Shown: piece by piece, positions 1 to 11,600 of the stretch
How positions within the stretch are numbered: position 1 is the stretch's first letter
How the letters are laid out: each line of letters opens with the position of its first letter
DNA from: Malacoraja senta
Lineage: Eukaryota
Length of the DNA stretch: 64,000 bases
Assembly (NCBI GenBank): GCA_038087875.1
Contig: CM075982.1
Location: 15,562,001 to 15,626,000 of the forward strand
Reading direction: 5' to 3'
The notes under the pieces: generated by a model
Database searches by the model: none
What the model was told of the DNA's origin: nothing
Seen by the model: only the letters and a program-made list of their open reading frames with translations
Made by a program: the position numbers and the translations under genes

Positions 1-1344
1 ATTATTTTTCTGCTGGTATCTTGATAAGATGGCATGGGTAAGAATGATGTTTTGTGCATGTGCAGCTAGAGTGAAATGTTGTTAAGAATATTCGAGAAAT
101 CTAAGATTTCTGGGCAAACATGTTTGTAACTGCTTCTGTCTTTAGCACTTGCATATTTTGTGCTACTCCAGAGGTCCTTTGACATAGAATTTGCTGTGAT
201 AAGATTAAAGCTCTTTCTCAGATTATTTGTCATTTCTCAGCTACTTTCCCCTTTGAGAAAACAAGTCGAGCAATAACTACAAATAAACTATTAGCATTTC
301 AGGTCTGGGGCCCTTCAGAACTCAAAGGGTCCCAAACCTGTAATGTTAACTGGTTTTCTTTTCACAGGTGCTGCCTGACCTAATGAGCTTTTCAATACTT
401 TTCTGATATCTAGCATCTGCAGTTTTCAAATTTAATTTTCTTCTGTATAAAAATGTTGGAATTACTTTCATTTCCTTTTTACATAATGGCTTTGAGCCCT
501 CTACAAATGTAAAATGATTGCAGAAGCTGCCTTTGCATGTCCTAAAGCAGTTAATATGTTATGATATATTCAACACATGTACCACTCATTGAAACACAGC
601 TATTTTAAAACACGGTGTAGATGTGAGTGGTTGCTTTGCAATTCAACTCAAACTTAAAATGGGGGCAGTCAGTTGACATCTTTAAATTATTTTACGAACA
701 ATTTGAGATCAAATAATTGTTCATAATTGATATTAGCCATAGAAAATCATGACAGTTACTTATTGATGCAGTGACATTTTTGAAGGATACCAGTCTATAG
801 ATAAACCACACAAATCAGTCTTTCCAAGCTTCTTTCAACATTAGTTTTGTTGAATTTTGAGTGTAGTTTTTAATAGTTAATTGAAGAGCAGAAAGAGAAG
901 TCCTAATTATTTATTCCCATCATAATCTTGGCTATACTAATTTCCAGAGCAGCCATGATGTACACAAATTTGGGATGTTAGGAACAGTTGTTAAAACGTG
1001 TCACCTGGTGGAACCAGTTTCCTTTTTAATAGAGAGATTTGATCACCGAGTACTTTAATTGCCTCTTCAAAATGTAAAATTGTGTTTTCCATGAGACCAA
1101 ATATATTTGTATTCTGATGCGTAATATTGCAAAATTTGCAATTAACACAACGAATTACAGTAGCCCTATTAATGGTGACTTTATTTGCGAAACAAGCTTT
1201 GCTCGATTATGACATCCTGTGGTCATATAAGGTACAATGCATTACATGATAGTTATGTGTTAATTTGTAAAGCTTTTTCTTGTGTTGCTTTATTTAATTT
1301 TAGTTTTTCCTTAAATAGTAAACATTTTGTTTTGTATTCCTTAG

Positions 1345-1407
1345 ATTTGTCTCACCAAGATCATTCTGAAACTAGTGAAGACCCAGAAGTCGAAGTAACT
1401 ATTGAAG
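1345..1407 (+). CDS. GTF2I: GTF2I exon, copy 1 (63 bp, equivalent to human alternative exon 12 / 'exon B'), GC donor
   Basis: ttag|ATTTG...ATTGAAG|gcaagc; encodes (D)[20 protein letters not shown] vs human [21 protein letters not shown]; phase 1-1. Confidence 0.9.
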
Positions 1408-2415
1408 GCAAGCATTTAACTGATTCGGTAGTTGGCACAGAAATTACCATATAGTAGTTGAATCTGAATAAATTGGTGTTCGGTTCTGTTCTATTACATT
1501 CCACAACAATTGTGAGTCTCTGAGGGAGGGAATGGTCAGGTGGGTGGTGAATTTGAATTTAAAAGTCATAGATGCAGCCGGTTGTGCTTTTCCTTTTTTT
1601 GTTCCTACATTCCTGATCTGCTCCTCTTTACCCTCAAATTTCGGCAAATTGCATTGAGGGTGTAAAATTATTTTATTTCATAATTCAAAATTGTACTTGA
1701 AAATCAAAATGTCCTTTAATTTAAGAGACTTTATTCTTCTGGCTGGTCAGCTTTGATTTCACCTGATGTCTGTAGAGCAGTACTTGATGAAAAAAGAAAA
1801 TGTCTGGGAGCCGGCATGAAAGAAGTGCACGTGGAAGCTTTTAAACTATACTAGACCAATCTGACTTGTGCCAAGATATCAGTTTTCTTTCAAATAAAAT
1901 GGAATATTTCAATGCGTCTATGTTCTTGTAACAAACAGAAGAGCATAATGGAGAATGAAGAAACGGTTGGTTATTGTAAAATAATTTATCTTGATAGATT
2001 GAGAAAAACGTGGGTGCGCTTTCTATGCAATCCTCGTTTGTTATTCATAATGGGGTATTGGTATAGACATTGGAGTGTACCTTTGCTAAAAATGTTTCCA
2101 GCAATTTTTATTTTTTATTCATACATTACCAGCAGTTTTGTTTATTTTTCATTTATGTAAACACTGCCTAGTTGAGTGCACATGCTAGATTCTATATATC
2201 CCACGATTCTGCTTACTTTTATTTAAGTCCTCATTCAGTGTGGCCATTTGGATACTTGGGATTCCAAATTTTTGTCATGAATGCATCAACAAGATTACAG
2301 TGAAACCAAAAGGCACTGTAGATCAGGTTATTTGGATAAGTATGAGAGGCCATTTATGGTTCACAGTTTTATGAAAAGCATGGAAAAGTTATGAAACTGC
2401 ATTTTCTATTTTTAG

Positions 2416-2514
2416 ATGATGAATATTTGCCACCGAATAAGCGACAAAAGTATACAGTACAGCTGACGGATGCCGGGGCCTCCGCGAAGCGGAAAAGTAG
2501 GGAATTCAATTTTG
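2416..2514 (+). CDS. GTF2I: GTF2I exon, copy 1 (99 bp; NLS/basic region before I-repeat 2)
   Basis: tttag|ATGAT...TTTG|gtgagt; (D)DEYLPPNKRQKYTVQLTDAGASAKRKSREFNF vs human DDDYSPPSKRPK...AGKRKVREFNF. Confidence 0.93.
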
Positions 2515-3141
2515 GTGAGTTAAAGTACCATTTCAATTTCTTGAAGATTTGTTTCCATTGCTAGATAAACTGGACCAATCATCAGACTTGCTAGATGCTA
2601 TGTATTCTATGTTTATGCGGAAATTACAATGGATATTTTAATAAATTTAATTGTAATTTTTGATTTTTCATTCTTAATGGTCTTTAATTAAACAATACAA
2701 AATACTTTTTGTAAATTTAGTTTGTTTTGTATCATTCATTTTCTATGTTGTACATTATGTTAAATTTGTTTTACTATAATGATTAGATTTTTCAATCCAG
2801 TAGGTGTGCAAGGAAAATTCATTTGTAAGATGGTTCATAAGTGACTTTTGTTCACAACATTCAATTTGGCTGATTCAACAAAATAAATAAAGTACAGAAC
2901 TTTGCTTTAACATCTCAACTGCAAATACTGCATAATTTAGACTTTTCATTATTAAACATTTGTGCTTGAAACAGACATTTGATTTATTTTGTCAGCGTCT
3001 TGAAATTCGTCTTGCATGTATTCTGTGTTTGCAGTAGGCAATATTTGATACACTCTGGTTTAAAGGTTTCTGCATTCATCACTACTTGGAGTCATTGCTG
3101 TGCACAAATTAATCAACGGGATTCACTGTATCTGGTATTAG

Positions 3142-3354
<213 letters not shown>

Positions 3355-4567
3355 TAATTATGGTTAATGTGAAGGCCAGCAAGTCGATTAGGGACGTGGG
3401 CAGAGGTGAGCGTGATTATGATACTGAGGGGGACAGTTATTAGACAATATAGGTGGCTATTACTAACCCAAGCTGATTGCATGAGATGGGCTGTACATTA
3501 TTGCAATGGTAAAGAGTATTCAATCTTGACTGATGATGGATTAAATTTATTGAACTGGTAATTGATGGTTGGAAATTTGTTGTATTTCATTCTACAATGT
3601 ATTCAGTTACTCGGATTGGTTCTTAACTAGTTCCATTGAAGCCAAATGCTTCCATGAAGAATGGCACAATATAGCTATGATCAAAAGGTCCTCAGTGTGA
3701 CATGGTAACGATGTTACCTGACTTGATGAGTGTTTCTGGCGCATTTTATTTCAATGGGACATTATAGCCTTGGGTTTAATGCTGTTGAATTATTACATTC
3801 AGTTGGCGGTTTCAGTCTATGCAGTTTACATTTCTACCATGCATTTATGTTTTTACACCTTGCTGCTAACTTCAAATGTATTTGTCTGATTTACATCATC
3901 TCCAGACCCACTATTGTTAACCAAGTGTTTATCACACACGAATCCAGCTCCATCATCCTTGCTGTCATTTTTTTTTAATCCATCTCTTCCTCCACTTTCT
4001 TGAATAACATTTTTGGGGCCTTTTCCTCCTTCCCTGCCTATTCTTTCCCCAATATTGCATCTTAAAATGGGCTTTGCCCCAGAGTATTTCCCAGTTTTGA
4101 TAAAGGTCACCAATCTGAAATGGTAATTTTAATTGTCTCCACTGAAACACCCTGATGACTCCCTCTGCATTTCTGACATTTTCTGTTTTAGACTTCAGCA
4201 TCTACAGTATTTTCCTGTTCTTAGAACCTACCAGTTACAATCTGAAGAGTCTGATGGAGTGGGCTGTTTAACTTTAGAACAAGAGAGGTTATGGGAAGAT
4301 TGACGAGGTGTTCAAATTATGAACATCATAAAGTATGTTAGGAGAACCTTTTCACTGACATGAGGATCAATAATTTGAGGACAAGGATTTAAGATTATTG
4401 ATAGAAGAATTAAAGGAGGTAAATTTACTTTTCAAATGGATACCAGAAACAATTCAGCATTAACTTTCAAAGAAGAATGGATAATGGGAATTGCAGGAGA
4501 TAAGGAGTAATGAAATGGTTCTAAGATGAGCTGTTACCAGGGTGGGCCAAATATAGTTTAAAAAAAT

Positions 4568-5095
4568 GCAGTTTTGGTGTCCTAATTTGAGGAAGAACAT
4601 TCTTGCTATTGAGGCAGTGCAGAGTAGGTTCACCAGGTTTATTCCCGAGATGGCGGGACTGACATATGAAAGAATGGATTGACTGGGCTTGTATTCACTG
4701 GAATTTAGAAGGATGAGAGGGAATCTTATAAAAACCTATAAAATTCTTAAAGGATTGGGCAGGCTAGATGCAGGAAAAATGTTCCCAATGTTGGGGAAGT
4801 CCAAAACATTTTAAGAATAAGGGGTTGGCCATTTCGGACTGCGATGAGGAAAAATATTTTCCACCAGAGTTGTGAATGTGCGGAATTCCCTGCCACAGAA
4901 GGTAGTGGAGGCGAATATAAGGGATATATTCAAGAGATAGTCAGATATAGCTCTTGGGGCTAATGGAATCAAGGGATATGGGGCGAAAGCAGGAACGGGG
5001 TAGTGATTCTGCATGATTAGCCATGATCGTATTGAATGGTGGTGCTGGCGAAGGGCTGAATGGCCTACATCTGCATCTGTTTTCTATGTTTCTAA
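4568..5095 (+). mobile_element. CR1 LINE 3' fragment
   Basis: QFW-P...E-VQ-RFTR-IP-like ORF2 C-terminus followed by a tttctatg-type tail. Confidence 0.75.
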
Positions 5096-5521
5096 TAGCC
5101 CTTTGTGCTGTAAAATTTCTAATGGTATCTGGAACTGTCATCTTATTTATTATCCGGGTTCCTATTTTTCCTACCTCTAAATATCAGCCTAATGTCTTTT
5201 GCGGGGTTATTAAAGAAAAATATACGTAAATTTCTTGGTTTGGATGCATCTTTGTTTTAGTTTGGTGATAATGCATTGTCTTATCAGTGAATTAAGCCAG
5301 CTTGCTTAGTCTGCAGAACTAGACTTCAAGGTTTGGTAGGATATCTCATGAAGCTTAAAAAATCTGCTCTCCCACATTTTTCATTGCTCTATATTGAGAA
5401 ATGTCATTCTGCAATTTGGTAATGTTCCTATTCAACCCTTTGCATTTAAGTATGTTCACTGCAAAGTGGAGTGTAAGTAATTTAGAACAGGTATTGTATG
5501 AAGCTACTATAATAGATCTAA

Positions 5522-5755
<234 letters not shown>

Positions 5756-7802
5756 TAATAGCGAGAGAACTGGTGTGTTGGATTTTATTGGCTACTGTTA
5801 AGTTGTAGTAGTTATTTGCTGTAAAGAGATTTGAAATACTTGAAGATTCTGAGCACTTGTATAAATGTAGGGCATTTACATTTTACCCTTTCTATTGTGT
5901 ATGAAGAATCAGTCTTCTACTTTTGGCCATCATTGGTTTACTGGTTGGAATGGGAAGGGGACAAAGGTATGGTGAATATGTAAATGTAGCAATTTTTTTT
6001 GTTCTTGAAGATATGTTATTGAATTATTGCTCATAATTTCTAAAATTTCACGTATTTTATTGGATTTCAGTGTACATAATCCGTTAATTTATACTTCAGT
6101 CAATTCCTGCTAATTTGGCACCGTTTGACACTAATTTGTGTGTAATGGATCTTAATAAAGCATAAACATGCTCTTTAATTTGATTGGGTTTTGCAGCATT
6201 TGTACCCCAGAACATTGCGTTGCCAATTCTGTACCTCCCTTGACCATGTTTCTGCTAGAGCTAGAATTTCCCAATCCCATATTCACATTGCAACGTCTTC
6301 CAAAACCCATCATTAATTTAGCATTATATTTCAATCATTTAACTGATAGTCCACAAAGCAAACATTTCAAGATAAGTACAGACTCTCAGCCAATGACATA
6401 ACATCTATGGTTATCCTACCCATTCTCATCCAATCAGAAATCCAATTGTAACAGTTCATATTGTGAATAAATACCTCCTTTATCAACCATTACTCCGGTT
6501 TGTTTGATAAATTAAACAAAAATTACAACATGATGCACAGAGAAAGACCATGTATACTTTAATTCCTGCTGATTATTGAGGGGATCTATTGTACGACACC
6601 ATCAAAGTGATCACCCTCTTCTTGCTTCTCAGTTCTACCCATCTAACATCACTGGATGAATATCCCAGGAATGTCCTCACTCAGTACTGCCGTAATGTTC
6701 TTCCTAACCAAAAAAGCCACTGTTCCTCTCCCATCTCTATCACTATAATCCTTGCAGCATTTGTACCTCAGAACATTGTGCTGCCAATTCTGTACCTCCC
6801 TTGACTATGTTTTTGCTATAGCTAGAATTTCCCAATCCCATATCCTGAGTTAATTTGCCTTGCATGTCAGGCCTCTTTCATTGAAATAAATGCAGTTTAA
6901 TCCATCATTCTTCCCTTGCTCCCTGCCACACTCCTGCCTTCCCTTTCAACTGCATTTGCTCTCTAATTTATTTGTCTCTACTTTCTCATCCACATTACTG
7001 CTTTGGATCCACCATTCTGCCAGACTGGTTTAAAGCCACAATCTAGCAAAAACTATATCTAGCAAATCGTTCCAACAGGATTTTGGTTTGGTGCAGTTCA
7101 GGTGCACCCTCTCTTACTGCCATAGAAGAGATGCCAATGATCCAAAAACCTGAAATGCTACTGCCCGCACCTGTTCCTCAGCATGCCATCTTCAGCCCTT
7201 TCCTCCTATTCCCATATTTAAGGGAAATGCCTTATTTTCACAATGCCTGTGCTAATGCCTTATTTTCACAATCCTGTATCTGTGTACAGTTACACCATCT
7301 TTTTATCTTTATTATTTATGCATTTGGTACTTTCCTCTATTTTGTGCAGCAAATGAATCAAACCTTCAAATACAATTGTATAGGCTCTCTGATGCAGAAG
7401 TACGGTATTCAGCCCAAGCGGTATATACCAATGTTTATGCTCTTCCCATCTCAATATATCTGTGTATTTGCTTGCCTAAGTATTGGATTGATATGCATGC
7501 AGACCACTTTCATAATCTTGTACTTCATTACATGTACCCTTTTGCTTTCTGTGCAAAAGAATTATTAATGAACCTGTGTAGGGAAAAGCAGTAAATTATG
7601 TGATGGACCATATCTTAATAGCAGAAGTTGCACAATCAGAATCAAAATTTCTTGATAGGAAATTGAAATCCTGCTCTGTCTTCTGTTTTGCATGAGGACT
7701 CTAGATCAGTTTAATGTCTCTTCACCTATTCCACCAAATCATTTCTCACATGTGCACGTTTGTTTCGATGTAATTAAAGCAAACAATCACTTCTAAAAAT
7801 AT

Positions 7803-7956
7803 TTAAGAAGGAACTGCAGATGCTGGAAAATCGAAGGTAGACAAAAATGCTGGAGAAACTCAGCGGGTGAAGGGTTCCTGCCCGAAACATTGCCTATTTC
7901 CTTCGCTCCATATAGATGCTGCCTCACCCGCTGAGTTTCTCCAGCATTTTTGTCTA
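7803..7956. mobile_element. Short Penelope-derived hairpin repeat with 14-bp target-site duplication
   Basis: Inverted arms tagacaaaaatgctggagaaactcagcgggtga / tcacccgctgagtttctccagcatttttgtcta; acttctaaaaatat at 7789-7802 and 7957-7970; same ends as the Penelope element at 30240. Confidence 0.75.
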
Positions 7957-8158
7957 ACTTCTAAAAATATAACTTATTTCAATGAAACTCGTATCAAATA
8001 ATTTGTACAGGTTTTTTTTTTTTTTTAATTGTAATGTAAAATGGTGGTTATTAGGCTAAATGTTTTTCCACTGTATAACAAAATATCCAGTCTGCAGTTA
8101 TTTTGCATGAAGGTGCAATTAAAGGTGAGTTAGAAAAAAACTTTTTTTTGTTCTCCAG

Positions 8159-8217
8159 ACCAGAACTATTAACTAGTGAGCAAGAAGAAACAATTCCTGA
8201 TAAAACGGTCCCAGGAG
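8159..8217 (+). CDS. GTF2I: GTF2I exon, copy 1 (59 bp linker after I-repeat 2)
   Basis: ctccag|ACCAG...GGAG|gtaagt; (R)PELLTSEQEETIPDKTVPG; phase 2-1 fits both neighbours. Confidence 0.9.
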
Positions 8218-8628
8218 GTAAGTGTGCAGACTTTGAAAGGGTGTGTGGTGGTCTATTTCTTGCTGTTTAATACAGAGGCTGATCGTCGATATTCTGATTA
8301 CATTGGAACTTCATTTGATCAATACTCTAATGCAGCGTTTCTCAATCTTTTTACCCTTGCGGAAGCCTTAAAAGAATTTTAATGTCTCCGGGAACCCCTG
8401 AGTTGGGGGTTGCCGGGCCCGTCTTCATTTTGAGATTGCCATTTTGACTCGCGTCATAACGGAGATCTCTGGCGTCAACGGGAACCCGTCGGCCGTGACT
8501 GCGCAGTTGGGGGAGGATTGCCGGGCCGGGTTTGCCATTTTAACATCCAGCGTTATGTATAAGTGGTTGCTACTGGGGGAATATTGTGTTGGGGAGGGGG
8601 ACCCAACGGGTCCACGCTTGCTCTAGTT

Positions 8629-11600
8629 CAGGGCCGTGAAACTAATTTTAGGTCACGGACCAGGTAGGGCAAAGTACGACTTCACGCGGGCCGGATCAGT
8701 TGTGCACGCGTGAACGCACGCGCACGTGCTCCCACAGATTTTGTTGCTTTCATTTTTTCAACCTGCTCTCATGTGTCTCAGTCTCTGCTATAACTACAAA
8801 GTGTTTCACTTTACGAATTTCGTTTCTTTTGAAGATTGCCTAGCAAGCATTACTTTTATAATTGGTATTAACTTACAGTTGTAGGCTACAAGAAATTTGT
8901 GATGAGAGAGAGAAAAAACAATGCTATATTGGCTAATAATTTGAAATCGAACATTAGCAGACACAAATGTAGACCTAACGAAACAACTTGTTTCGTTAGG
9001 TCTACTTCTCCACCACCATTTTAGCACTGATATCTAAGAGACTCCGAGGTTGTGGCCTCTCCCAGTCAGTGCGGGTTTCTGGAACGATCGGGAAACTGGG
9101 AAGGGCCTCGAACAGAGACGGTTTGCGGTCGGCTGAGCTCTCTCCTCCGCCATGAGAGAAAAGTACCCACCATGCAACCCACACCGCTGCAATGTTGGGG
9201 GGGTTTTCCTGACAGCATTCGAACCCAGCACCCAGCCGCTCCGTACTGCACAACCTAACCCCGCTCAGTGCCCACCCCTGCCTCGTCATTGGCACAGCTG
9301 ACTGCCCAGAGGGTAGTCCCTTCTATTGGGCCAGCCTGGTGCCAGTCACGTGGGATGACGGCCAGCCCGTTTGTCTGAATCTCACCGCGTTCGGACCTGC
9401 CCCCCAAGCAGCATTTGCGGTTTGATTGGTCAGGTCGGGTGTCAGTCAAGGAGTCGTCACAATGCTGGCAGCGCGCAGCCGAGACTTCTCACACCATATA
9501 AGGAGCGCGCGGCTGACTAGGAAGATGGGTCACGCACACGAGCAGCGGCTCAGGGGAAGCCCAGATGCCCCGGAACTGGGGACATCTGCAGCCCAATCTG
9601 GTAGCGGGCCAGACTGTAGCGTTGTTCCAAATTCCTGCCATCAGTGGTGCTCCACTTCTGATCACTGCCTGTGCATGCGACTCGAGAGGCTATGGGTGGG
9701 GGGGGGGTGTGATTAAAATGCAGAGTTTTATTGGTTGTCAGAGAGGGATTTCCACGTACGACAAGCTTTTTGAAGAAATTTTGTTCTGTCATCCCGTTCG
9801 CAATTTAAAAAAAAAAAATGTTGCATGACTATTGAATCGCTGGATGAAAGTTGGGCCCAACTTCAACGCCTTCAAAATCACGGATCGCAAGTTCAGGACC
9901 AAAAAAAAGGTATGTACTGTAGGACGTTTAATTAATATTTTATCTAGTTTTTGGTATAATTTCATTTTAATCTGATGCGAAATATGTTATTGAGGCCCCT
10001 ATATCGGCCGTGTCTTGCCTGCCGGCTGTGAGTGAGCAAAATCCGATCTCTATCATAATCCACAAACATCCACTGTCAAGAAAATCAAATTCATTATTTT
10101 TTTGCACAATCGTGTCACAAGAACTAAATTATCTATATTTTGTGTTATTGTCTATCCATGATCAATATTTTCATACTAAATATCTGACTAAAAACTTCCA
10201 CAGTACATAGTTTTTAGTTGGATATTTAGTATGAAAATATTGATCATGGATAGATAATTACACAAAATATAGATAATTTAGATGTTATGACACGATCGTG
10301 CAAAAAAAATAATATTTTTATTATCTTGAGAGGGGATGTTTGTGGATTTTGAGCACATGTCTGTAAAATGGCCCTTGCCTGCTGCAGTGTTATAAACCAA
10401 CAGAGAAAAATTTATGGGAATTAAACATTCAATTCCTTCCATTTGGCAAAGAAATTCATGACAAAGTGAGATTTAAAAATCATGTTATATTGTGAATTTT
10501 TGTGTGAATGGGATCAGTTTGTTATCTGGATACTTTGGCTATTTAAAACAAATATTTTAGCCTTTTCTTAAGAATGGGATAGATGTTTAGATCTAGTAAT
10601 TGAATTTAGATGAATTTAGTTGGGCATTTACTATTTGTTTTAACTTTTAACTTGTGTTAGGCTTTTTGTTGAACAAAATCATTTCTACTTTTTTTCTAAA
10701 ACTGCAAATAAAAACTTGTTTCTACTTAATGTTGTTCAGTGGTTTTTTTCTTTACATTTTTCAGATGCCTCCGAAGAAGAAACGCAGAATTGTCAGTCCA
10801 AATGCCCAGCTTGGAATAGCTAGAGCTCACCATGAAGTGAATTTCTCTGTCATGCCCGAGTCTAAGAGGGATCTTAAAAATGGACACATCTTGTACTTGT
10901 ATACCTCGTTTGGAAAAAGTCAGTCTGAAACAGAGTCGGCTGAGTTCACATTGCTCTTTGTCGGATGCAGAAGGCTATTCATTTGCTGCTGTTAACTCAA
11001 GGGTGAGGACTCTCGTTAACCGGACTTTGCTCAAGTTTAAAAAAAACTCAGCAATCCCAAGGAACTTGAAAAATTTACGGAAATTTGTGATGAAACTTTA
11101 AAACTTCCAGAAGGCAGTCAACACATTTATTTAGATGATATTCCACTGCCTGATTGATGCTCACGATCCTGAATCCTTGACATCTGCCGAAAGCCAAGAG
11201 ACCATATTTCTAGACACTGAGGACATTGGCGATGACAGTCATAGTCTGCATCCTCCACTGAATCTAGCAACGCCAACGACAGCTGCTGCCTCTCCTGAAC
11301 CAATGCCATCGACATCTAGTGTTTCAACAAGATGTAGCAGAGAACTTGTAAGTCTTTCATCAAGGAAACATAAAAATGAAGAAAAGACTAAACTTTCTGT
11401 CTATCTCCAAGATCGCTCTTGCACTAAAGTATCGCACAAAGATCAGTGAACTTAGGGCACAGTTGAAAACTCCCAAACATGTAGTTAATCAAACCTTAAA
11501 GAGAAAGCAAAACCAAATAGATTTGATGGACAGAAAGATTCAGGAACAAAACCAAATTACGTGGGAATACTTTGGCATGAGAGCTTGCTGAAACCAAGGC

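Noticed and set aside
7083-7594. 161-aa and 72-aa + strand ORFs
   Set aside because: Intronic, no homology recognised, and the composition resembles decayed repeat sequence.
9002-9830. Cluster of short overlapping ORFs or a CpG-island promoter
   Set aside because: Lies inside a TSD-bounded transposon; GC richness explains the open frames and no domain is recognisable.
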